Source: a virus (lineage: Duplodnaviria; Heunggongvirae; Uroviricota; Caudoviricetes). Taken from it: a stretch of 5,518 nt of DNA. The notes beneath the pieces were generated by a model. The model ran no database searches and was not told where the DNA came from. It worked only from the letters and a program-made list of their open reading frames with translations. Of this stretch, positions 1-5,518 are shown piece by piece. The translations under genes and the position numbers were made by a program. The stretch lies in IMG/VR virus record IMGVR_UViG_2681813263_000014. One strand, written 5' to 3'. Positions within the stretch are counted from its first letter, which is position 1, and each line of letters begins with the position of its first letter.

Positions 1-280
1 ATGTATCAACACGGTTCAGCAACACCCGATACTTTTTCTAGGCTTCCACCACCAGCACGACAAGATGCCGCATACAGTGACCCAGTCAGTCCAGTTTTCA
101 GACAACCAGTGCGTCACCTTTTTGAAGGCGCTTTAAAGCACGTTTTAATCCAGGTCGGCCTGTCCTTGTTCCGCTTAATTTATCTTCAAATATTTGTTCA
201 TATCCTGCACAAACAAGAGCGTTTCGTTGCAGGTCTGTATTCTGGTCATTTGTTGATACCCTTACATAGCCAATCAGCAC
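1..280 (-). pseudogene. pin: Serine DNA invertase, Gin/Pin/Cin/Hin family, N-terminal part; probable pseudogene, and truncated by the window edge
   Basis: Minus-strand translation from GTG at 280-278 gives MLIGYVRVSTNDQNTDLQRNALVCAGYEQIFEDKLSGTRTGRPGLKRALKRLQKGDALVV, the typical N-terminus of Pin/Gin/Cin invertases, including the catalytic-serine context YVRVST. A GGGAG Shine-Dalgarno lies about 7 nt upstream. The frame hits TGA at 100-98 where these invertases have Trp, then continues as KLD*LGHCMRHL with further in-frame TGA and TAG codons. A full invertase of about 190 aa would also run past position 1. The ORF track extends the start to 304, which adds 8 unconserved codons. Confidence 0.6.
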
Positions 281-334
281 GCTGAATCTCCCGTCCAAAA
301 GCACAAATCATGCCATGCAGGCCAGAAACCGCCA

Positions 335-360
335 TTATCTAAAACCTCGGTTTACGAGAA
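335..360. repeat. Left inversion crossover site (gix/pix/cix-like, 26 bp)
   Basis: ttatctaaaacctcggtttacgagaa closely resembles the remembered gix consensus TTATCCAAAACCTCGGTTTACAGGAA. It matches the reverse complement of 3293-3318 at 22 of 26 positions with an identical central TC dinucleotide, and is itself an imperfect palindrome of two 12-bp half-sites. It lies 55 bp from the invertase start. Confidence 0.8.
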
Positions 361-1311
361 CTCGGCACAAGCGGGGAGAAAATACCGTTACTCAGTACAG
401 CGAATACCTGGACTAATCGACAAACATTCAGCGGTGGCCTTTCTGGTGAACTATCCGGCAATGCTTCTACAGCTGCAAAATTAAAAACTGCCAGGAAAAT
501 AAGCAATGTGGCTTTTGATGGTTCCTCCGATATCACATTAAAAGCAAGTCATGTTGGTGCGTTTGCCTTAGNNNNNNNNNNNNNNNNNNNNNTAGGGAAA
601 ACAGGAAGCACCGTTGCGAATGATAAAGCAGTTGGATGGAACTGGAGTAGCGGAGCCTATAACGCAACTATTAGTGGTGCATCAACGTTAATTATTCATT
701 TTTATATGGGAGAAGGAAGTTGTCCTGCAGCTCAGTTTCGGATTAATTATAAAAATGGCGGNNNNNNNNNNNNNNNNGGTATTTTTTATCGTTCAGCCCG
801 TGATGGTTATGGTTTTGAAGCCGACTGGTCCGAATTTTACACCACCAGAAAACCTTCAGCAGGAGATGTTGGTGCACTGCCGTTATCTGGTGGTCAACTG
901 AATGGTGCACTGGGTATCGGAACATCCAGTGCTCTTGGCGGTAATTCGATTGTATTGGGTGATAATGACACGGGCTTTAAACAAAAAGGCGATGGTAATC
1001 TGGATGTTTATGCTAATAACGTCCATGTTATGCGCTTTGTCTCCGGAAGCATTCAAAGTAATAAAACCATAAATATTACGGGACGTGTTAATCCCTCGGA
1101 TTACGGTAACTTTGATTCCCGCTATGTGAGAGATGTCAGACTTGGCACACGAGTTGTTCAGACCATGAAGAAAGGCGTGATGTATGAAAAATCAGGCCAT
1201 GTAATCACGGGGCTTGGTATTATCGGTGAAGTCGATGGTGATGATCCGGCAGTATTCAGACCAATACAAAAGTTAATTAACGGAACATGGTATAACGTAT
1301 CGCAGGTATAA
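343..1311 (+). CDS. Alternative tail-fibre C-terminal cassette (Sv'-like), startless and silent in this orientation
   Basis: Frame 1 is open from just after the TAA at 340-342 (inside the left site) to TAA at 1309-1311; the track ORF 508..1311 is its GTG-initiated part. There is no start codon or RBS at the 5' end. The C-terminus [15 protein letters not shown] ... [17 protein letters not shown] parallels the active stf C-terminus [16 protein letters not shown] ... [17 protein letters not shown]. Contains N-runs at 572-592 and 762-777. Confidence 0.85.
   Translation, partial: NLGLRELGTSGEKIPLLSTANTWTNRQTFSGGLSGELSGNASTAAKLKTARKISNVAFDGSSDITLKASHVGAFALXXXXXXXXGKTGSTVANDKAVGWNWSSGAYNATISGASTLIIHFYMGEGSCPAAQFRINYKNGXXXXXXGIFYRSARDGYGFEADWSEFYTTRKPSAGDVGALPLSGGQLNGALGIGTSSALGGNSIVLGDNDTGFKQKGDGNLDVYANNVHVMRFVSGSIQSNKTINITGRVNPSDYGNFDSRYVRDVRLGTRVVQTMKKGVMYEKSGHVITGLGIIGEVDGDDPAVFRPIQKLINGTWYNVSQV
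572..592. other. Run of 21 undetermined bases (N)
   Basis: Directly visible. The reading frame is maintained across it. Confidence 1.
762..777. other. Run of 16 undetermined bases (N)
   Basis: Directly visible. The same frame with a conserved fibre C-terminus continues downstream, so the masked length is probably the true length. Confidence 1.
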
Positions 1312-1313
1312 TC

Positions 1314-1847
1314 ATGCAGCATTTAAAAAACATTGTCGCAGGTAATCCAAAAACCGTTGAACAATACCAGCTAACAAAGAATTTTGATGTTATCTGGTTA
1401 TGGTCCGAAGATGGAAAAAATTGGCATGAGGAATTAAAAAACTTTCAGGAGGATACAATAAAACTGGCTTACACAGTTGAGGGAATAATTATTGCTATAG
1501 ACAAGGATGTATCAGCAATTAATCCAGAAGGTTTAAGTGTCGTTGAGTTGCCTGATATTACAGCAAATCGCCGGGCTGATATTTCGGGCAACTGGATGTT
1601 CAAAGATGGTGCGGTGATAAAGCGAACTTATACCGAGGAAGAGCAAAGGCAACAAGCGGAAAATGAAAAGCAGAGCCTGCTGCAGCTCGTCAGGGATAAA
1701 ACCCAGCTGTGGGACTCTCAGCTACAGCTGGGCATCATTTCCGATGAGAATAAACAAAAATTAACCGAGTGGATGCTCTATGCGCAGAAGGTTGAATCCA
1801 CAGACACCTCCAGCCTGCCAGTAACGTTTCCCGAACAACCAGAATGA
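1314..1847 (+). CDS. tfa: Tail fibre assembly chaperone, alternative copy (Tfa'/U'-like)
   Basis: ATG at 1314 lies 2 nt after the cassette stop, with AGGT 7 nt upstream. The N-terminus [22 protein letters not shown] is paralogous to the minus-strand tfa ([22 protein letters not shown]). 177 aa, stop TGA at 1845-1847. Tfa family assignment is from the remembered conserved N-terminus. Confidence 0.88.
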   Translation: MQHLKNIVAGNPKTVEQYQLTKNFDVIWLWSEDGKNWHEELKNFQEDTIKLAYTVEGIIIAIDKDVSAINPEGLSVVELPDITANRRADISGNWMFKDGAVIKRTYTEEEQRQQAENEKQSLLQLVRDKTQLWDSQLQLGIISDENKQKLTEWMLYAQKVESTDTSSLPVTFPEQPE

Positions 1848-1850
1848 GAG

Positions 1851-1880
1851 AAGGCCCGCTATCGGGCCTTAATTTTTATT
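1851..1880 (+). terminator. Rho-independent terminator at the convergence point of the two tfa genes
   Basis: Perfect 8-bp stem aaggcccg (1851-1858) / cgggcctt (1863-1870) with loop ctat, followed by aatttttatt. It sits 4 nt after the tfa' stop. The downstream side on the minus strand is less T-rich, so bidirectional function is uncertain. Confidence 0.65.
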
Positions 1881-2403
1881 CAGGCTTTTGTGGCCATTCA
1901 GGATTTGCCGTATCCACACGGCTGACCAGAACACTGTAGCGTTCCCATGCTTCCAGTCGTGTGCGTTCCTCGTCTGTTGCCATATTCAGCCTGACAGCGC
2001 GTTCCAGCGGCTGGATGACTGATTCAGCTTCGGAAAGCAATGCGGCCTTTTGTGATTCGGCCTGTTGTTGCAGTTCCTGTTCTGTATATTCCCTCTTTAC
2101 TACTTTACCATCCAGAAACATCCATTTTCCGTTATTGTCTGCGTGACGATTTGCCGTAATATCAGGAACTTCAACTATGCTTAGCCCTTCAGGATTAATA
2201 GTTGAAACGTCTTTACTGACAGCAACGATGATGTTGTTCTCATCGTAAGCAATTTTTATGGTGTCTGGCTGAAAATTCTTTTGTTCCTCATACCAGTTTT
2301 TGCCATCTTCGCAAAAGAGCCATACCACGCCCGCTTTTTTAGTTAGCTGGTATTGTTCCGGTGTTTTCGGATTCCCGGCCTTAATATTTTTCAGGTGCAT
2401 CAT
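1876..2403 (-). CDS. tfa: Tail fibre assembly chaperone (Tfa/U-like), cognate to the currently expressed stf C-terminus
   Basis: ATG at 2403-2401 follows the stf stop (2407-2405) by one base, with GGGGAG about 9 nt upstream. Product [37 protein letters not shown]..., stop TAA at 1878-1876. The track ORF start at 2439 overlaps the end of stf and is an upstream extension. Confidence 0.9.
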   Translation of the reverse strand: MMHLKNIKAGNPKTPEQYQLTKKAGVVWLFCEDGKNWYEEQKNFQPDTIKIAYDENNIIVAVSKDVSTINPEGLSIVEVPDITANRHADNNGKWMFLDGKVVKREYTEQELQQQAESQKAALLSEAESVIQPLERAVRLNMATDEERTRLEAWERYSVLVSRVDTANPEWPQKPE

Positions 2404-2404
2404 C

Positions 2405-5386
2405 TTAAACACTCCCCACGTTGTACCATATTCCCCCAATCAATTTCTGAATTGGCCTTCTGGCAACAGTGTCGACAATATCATCCGCATTGCTGTTAAT
2501 TGCGGCTGTTAAAACATAACCTGACGCATCGCCAAAGCCGTAGTCGCGCCATACGTTTTTATATTCAATGCTGCCAAGACGAATATCCCGAACGACATGA
2601 TTATGCAGCCATGTGCTTAACCAGTTGTTTTCCCACACTGAACCATAAATATCGCCACTAGACGCAACTTGCGCACCACTTCCCAGCGCAAATCCCCCAT
2701 CTGTTTTAAAAATGAAATCACCACCACCATCTGAACCGTTATTAATATGAACACCATCACCACCGTTATCTTTCCACAAAAACATACGAATTCTTCCGTC
2801 TTCGTTGGCGAATGTAATGTGGTGGCGGTAATTACTTTTTAATCTAAAATTGCTGCCATTAGATTCAATATCTTTATAAAGATGTAATCCTAACTCATCA
2901 ATATGTCCGATGCGCGAACCATTTGAATAGAAGCTAATAATACCATCTCCATCTTGCCTAAATCCGGTGTCGTTATCTCCCAGAACAATGGAGTTTTCAC
3001 CCAGTGCGTTATCAGTAGCTCCAATAGCTAGACCTCCTTTAATTTTGGCCCCGTGGCTGACAGATATAGCACCTGTTCTCAGATTTATAGCGAATGGCCT
3101 TAATGGGCCGATATTACCGTTTTCGCCTTGTCCTTCAGCCGTCGGAATGAAATGAAGAAAATCTTCTGAACGACGGAAAATTAGACCGAAGGTATCATTG
3201 AAAATTCGCAGCGCATTCACCGTGCCAATTTTCAGTTCTCCGGTCATTTTATCGCCGGAACGCTGAACGGCGTTACCAGCCTTGTTTACCGTTTCCTGTA
3301 AACCGAGGTATTCGATAACGGCAGCAACGGTCGATTTCGCAAGAATATCCCGCCCGACTTTTGTCAGGGTTGCCAGGCTGGCGACATCATTCCCCGTAAA
3401 ATACGGAAACTTGCCTGCCGCAGTAGTAAGTCCGGCCAGCGCCGTCAGGGTGGCATCTTTCGGTTGCTTACCCGCAAGCGCGTTAGTCATGGTGGTCGCA
3501 AAATTCGGGTCGTTGCCCAGCGCCGCAGCCAGCTCGTTCAGCGTGTTCAGTGCATCAGGTGACGAATCTACAAGGGCGGCAATCGCAGCCATAACGAAAG
3601 CCGTGCTTGCGATTTGGGTATTATTCGTTCCCTGTCGCGCAGTTGGTGTTGTTGGCGTTCCGGTCAGTGCAGGACTATTTAAGGGCGCTTTCTTGTTCGT
3701 TTCACCCATTACCGCCTTAACCGCTTTTGGCGTTGCCGCCAGTGACTCGGAAGTGCTGTTGGTCGCACTGCTGAGCTGTACTATCCCCTTTTTCGTCGTG
3801 CTCGCATCCTCAAGCGCCACGGCGGATGCAATATCCTCTGCCCGTTTTGCTGCTGTCTCGGCGCGCGTTGCCGCGGATTCAGCAGCAACTTTGCTCTGAG
3901 ATGCAGCCGTCGCACTGCCTGCCGCCTCTGATGCTTTCGTTGTTGCTGTCGTGGCACTACCTTTCGCTGCTGACGCTTGTCTGGTCGCCTCATCTTTTGA
4001 AGCAGACGCAGATGATGCCGATGACGCCGCTGAACTGGCTGACGATGCGGCTGCTGCCTTAGAGGAAGCAGCATTGTCTGCTGAAGTCTTTGCATTTGTT
4101 TCAGAGGTTTTTGCTGCAGAAGCAGACCTCGCTGCTGCAGTGGCTTGCTCAGTGGCTTTGCCAGCCTTCGTTGTGGCTGTTGAAGCGGATGATGCGGCGC
4201 TTTCTGCCGATTTTCCGGCGGCGGTGGCACTGGCTGAGGCCTGCCCGGCACTTGTTGACGCGGCGCTGGCAGACGACGCAGCCGCTGTTTTTGAGCCTGC
4301 CGCAGCTGAGGCACTCTGTCCCGCTGCCGTTTCAGAAGACCTGGCGTTCGTCTCGGACGTTTTGGCCGCCTTCGCAGAATTTGCAGCCGCCGTCGCCGAG
4401 GAAGCTGCACTACTNNNNNNNNNNNNNNNNNNNNNNNNNNNNNNNNNNNNNNNNNNNNNNNNNNNNNNNNNNNNNNNNNNNNNNNNNNNNNNNNNNNNNN
4501 NNNNNNNNNNNNNNNNNNNNNNNNNNNNNNNNNNNNNNNNNNNNNNNNNNNNNNNNNNNNNNNNNNNNNNNNNNNNNNNNNNNNNNNNNGCCGAGGAAGC
4601 TGCGCTACTGGCGCTTGATGATGCGTTCGTTTCTGATGATTTTGCCGCCTCTTTTGAAGCCGACGCATCCCGGGCTGAGGTGGCAGCTTCTGACGCTTTC
4701 GTGGTCGCGGTGGATGCAGAAGTGGCTGCTGATTGTTGTGACGCTGCCGCATTCGTTTCTAACGTTTTCGCCGCACCGGCACTGGTAGCCGCCGCGCTTT
4801 TTGAGGACTCTGCAGCGGCAGCACTTTTTGAGGCTTCAGTGGCCTTTGTTGATGCCGTTCCTGCGCTGGAAGACGCTGACTGAGCCGACGAAGCGGCCTG
4901 TCCGGCTGACGTGCTGGCTGCACGTGCTGAATCTGCAGCATCAGTCGCATGGGTTGCCGCCTCACGGGCTGATGTGCTGGCATCGCTGGCTGATTTCTTC
5001 GCGGCTGCCGTGTTCTGTGCCACCGCGGACGCGTTACGCGCCACCTCTTCCACCATCAGCTCAAAACGGCGCAGTGCCTCCGGACGGGCATCATCCTCCG
5101 TCATGGCACCGAGAAAATCATTCAGCGTACCGGGTCGGGAATCTTCATACACGGTGATGGTCCCGGCATGTGACGGCGGGAATCCTTCCACCAACAGAAT
5201 AACGCTGTACTGACCGTACTCAACGTCCATGCTGTAACGCCCGGCTTCATCCGGATTTTCTGAGGCCAGCGTGTTCACCACCACCGTGGTGCTGTTACGT
5301 TTTGCTTTCAGCTGGATTGTGCAGTTCTGTACCGGTTTTCCTGTGCCGTCTTTCAGTACACCTGAAATCTTTACTGCCATATTCAC
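2405..5386 (-). CDS. stf: Side tail fibre protein, lambda Stf-like constant part fused to an invertible C-terminal variable part
   Basis: 993-codon ORF. The N-terminus [38 protein letters not shown] and the long Ala/Ser/Thr-rich region match my recollection of phage lambda Stf through ...[16 protein letters not shown]. The likely true start is the ATG at 5380 (MAVKISG). The sequence after EYLG (2405-3292) lies inside the invertible segment. Contains a 175-nt N-run at 4415-4589 with the frame preserved. Confidence 0.93.
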   Translation of the reverse strand: MNMAVKISGVLKDGTGKPVQNCTIQLKAKRNSTTVVVNTLASENPDEAGRYSMDVEYGQYSVILLVEGFPPSHAGTITVYEDSRPGTLNDFLGAMTEDDARPEALRRFELMVEEVARNASAVAQNTAAAKKSASDASTSAREAATHATDAADSARAASTSAGQAASSAQSASSSAGTASTKATEASKSAAAAESSKSAAATSAGAAKTLETNAAASQQSAATSASTATTKASEAATSARDASASKEAAKSSETNASSSASSAASSXXXXXXXXXXXXXXXXXXXXXXXXXXXXXXXXXXXXXXXXXXXXXXXXXXXXXXXXXXXSSAASSATAAANSAKAAKTSETNARSSETAAGQSASAAAGSKTAAASSASAASTSAGQASASATAAGKSAESAASSASTATTKAGKATEQATAAARSASAAKTSETNAKTSADNAASSKAAAASSASSAASSASSASASKDEATRQASAAKGSATTATTKASEAAGSATAASQSKVAAESAATRAETAAKRAEDIASAVALEDASTTKKGIVQLSSATNSTSESLAATPKAVKAVMGETNKKAPLNSPALTGTPTTPTARQGTNNTQIASTAFVMAAIAALVDSSPDALNTLNELAAALGNDPNFATTMTNALAGKQPKDATLTALAGLTTAAGKFPYFTGNDVASLATLTKVGRDILAKSTVAAVIEYLGLQETVNKAGNAVQRSGDKMTGELKIGTVNALRIFNDTFGLIFRRSEDFLHFIPTAEGQGENGNIGPLRPFAINLRTGAISVSHGAKIKGGLAIGATDNALGENSIVLGDNDTGFRQDGDGIISFYSNGSRIGHIDELGLHLYKDIESNGSNFRLKSNYRHHITFANEDGRIRMFLWKDNGGDGVHINNGSDGGGDFIFKTDGGFALGSGAQVASSGDIYGSVWENNWLSTWLHNHVVRDIRLGSIEYKNVWRDYGFGDASGYVLTAAINSNADDIVDTVARRPIQKLIGGIWYNVGSV
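3293..3318. repeat. Right inversion crossover site (gix/pix/cix-like, 26 bp), inside the stf coding sequence
   Basis: ttcctgtaaaccgaggtattcgataa is the inverted partner of 335-360. On the minus strand it encodes IEYLGLQE in the stf frame, at the constant/variable boundary. Confidence 0.8.
4415..4589. other. Run of 175 undetermined bases (N) inside the stf Ala/Ser-rich repeat region
   Basis: Directly visible. The stf frame is identical on both sides, so the run length is consistent with the true length (175 = 1 mod 3 fits the surrounding codon phase). Confidence 1.
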
Positions 5387-5391
5387 CCCAC

Positions 5392-5417
5392 AAAAAAGCC
5401 CGCCTGAACCGGCGGGC
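5392..5417 (-). terminator. Rho-independent terminator between lom and stf
   Basis: Read on the minus strand: gcccgcc ggttca ggcgggc followed by tttttt (plus-strand stem 5398-5404 / 5411-5417, A-tract 5392-5397). Lies 5 nt upstream of the stf ATG at 5386 and 28 nt downstream of the lom stop. Confidence 0.65.
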
Positions 5418-5444
5418 TGTCATAACACTGTGTTACCTGGCTAA

Positions 5445-5518
5445 TCAGAATTTATAACCGACACCCACGATGAAACCGTCAGTGCGCCAGAGACGTGTTG
5501 CTGTGGCGACCGTCATCA
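5445..5518 (-). CDS. lom: 3' end of an Ail/Lom-family outer-membrane protein gene (partial, continues beyond the window)
   Basis: Minus-strand frame reads ...TVATATRLWRTDGFIVGVGYKF then TGA (stop at 5447-5445). The aromatic C-terminal YKF is typical of Ail/Lom beta-barrel proteins, and the position upstream of stf matches lambda gene order. Only 24 codons are visible. Confidence 0.6.
   Translation of the reverse strand, partial: MTVATATRLWRTDGFIVGVGYKF

Larger units (their letters stand above)
335..3318. other. Invertible DNA segment (tail-fibre host-range switch), about 2.96 kb between crossover centres
   Basis: Bounded by the two inverted 26-bp sites. Contents are arranged as in Mu G / P1 C segments: alternative C-terminal cassette then tfa' on the plus strand, converging on tfa and the active stf C-terminus on the minus strand, with the invertase gene adjacent outside. 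Confidence 0.8.

Noticed and set aside
1-285. Plus-strand 94-aa ORF (MYQHGSATPDTF...)
   Set aside because: Antisense to the clearly recognisable invertase N-terminus, with no RBS or recognisable motif; it is a by-product of the opposite-strand coding sequence.
98-304. Track start of the invertase ORF at 304 (MLLDGRFSV...)
   Set aside because: The conserved protein begins at the GTG at 280 (MLIGYVRVS) with a GGGAG RBS; the 8 extra codons are an upstream in-frame extension.
339-536. Minus-strand 65-aa ORF spanning the left crossover site
   Set aside because: Antisense to the in-frame alternative fibre cassette and overlapping the recombination site; no supporting signals.
743-925. Minus-strand 60-aa ORF containing an N-run
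   Set aside because: Antisense to the alternative cassette; partly composed of undetermined bases.
1961-2146. Plus-strand 61-aa Cys/Ser-rich ORF
   Set aside because: Lies entirely antisense within tfa; no start context.
1876-2439. Longer tfa ORF starting at 2439 ([12 protein letters not shown]...)
   Set aside because: The extension overlaps the last 11 codons of stf. The ATG at 2403 directly after the stf stop, with a GGGGAG RBS, gives the conserved MMHLKNI start shared with tfa'.
2300-2512. Plus-strand 70-aa ORF across the tfa/stf junction
   Set aside because: Antisense to two well-supported genes.
2967-3155. Plus-strand 62-aa ORF inside the stf variable region
   Set aside because: Antisense to stf with no independent signals.
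335-3318. Multi-segment Rci-type shufflon
   Set aside because: Only two crossover sites are present and the adjacent recombinase is a serine invertase (Gin/Pin type), not a tyrosine Rci recombinase; this is a simple two-state inversion switch.
3282-5213. Cluster of long overlapping ORFs on both strands (3282..3899+, 3781..4752-, 3826..4062+, 3951..4883+, 4090..4788+, 4759..4983-, 4801..5157+, 4911..5213+)
   Set aside because: All lie within the GC-rich Ala/Ser-rich part of stf, where codon bias removes stop codons from alternate frames. Their products are low-complexity (Arg/Gln/Pro- or Ala/Asp-rich), and several span the N-run. The stf frame is the only one with a recognisable protein.
1-5518. 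CRISPR array, tRNA or rRNA genes, diversity-generating retroelement
   Set aside because: No direct-repeat/spacer periodicity, no tRNA-like structures noted, and no reverse transcriptase ORF or template/variable repeat pair; the only variation mechanism visible is site-specific inversion.

Overview
This window is the distal tail-fibre region of a lambda-like (lambdoid) prophage or phage from an enterobacterial host, read almost entirely on the minus strand. From right to left it holds the 3' end of a lom-like outer-membrane protein gene, an intrinsic terminator, a long side tail fibre gene (stf, about 990 codons) and its tail fibre assembly chaperone (tfa). The C-terminal third of stf, both tfa genes and a startless alternative fibre C-terminus lie inside a roughly 2.96 kb invertible segment bounded by two inverted 26-bp gix/pix/cix-like crossover sites (335-360 and 3293-3318). 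Immediately outside the left site is the N-terminus of a Gin/Pin/Cin-family serine DNA invertase, which appears to carry in-frame stop codons after codon 68 and is probably a pseudogene. This is a Mu G-segment / P1 C-segment / e14 P-segment type host-range switch grafted onto a lambda-type Stf; the class is well described, so it is not a new kind of system. The points worth a second look are the apparently disabled invertase, the in-frame fusion I could verify by hand for the silent cassette, and the mosaic junction at the conserved EYLG motif. Three N-runs (21, 16 and 175 nt) mask sequence inside coding regions and cannot be assessed. All family assignments are from remembered protein motifs, not database searches.
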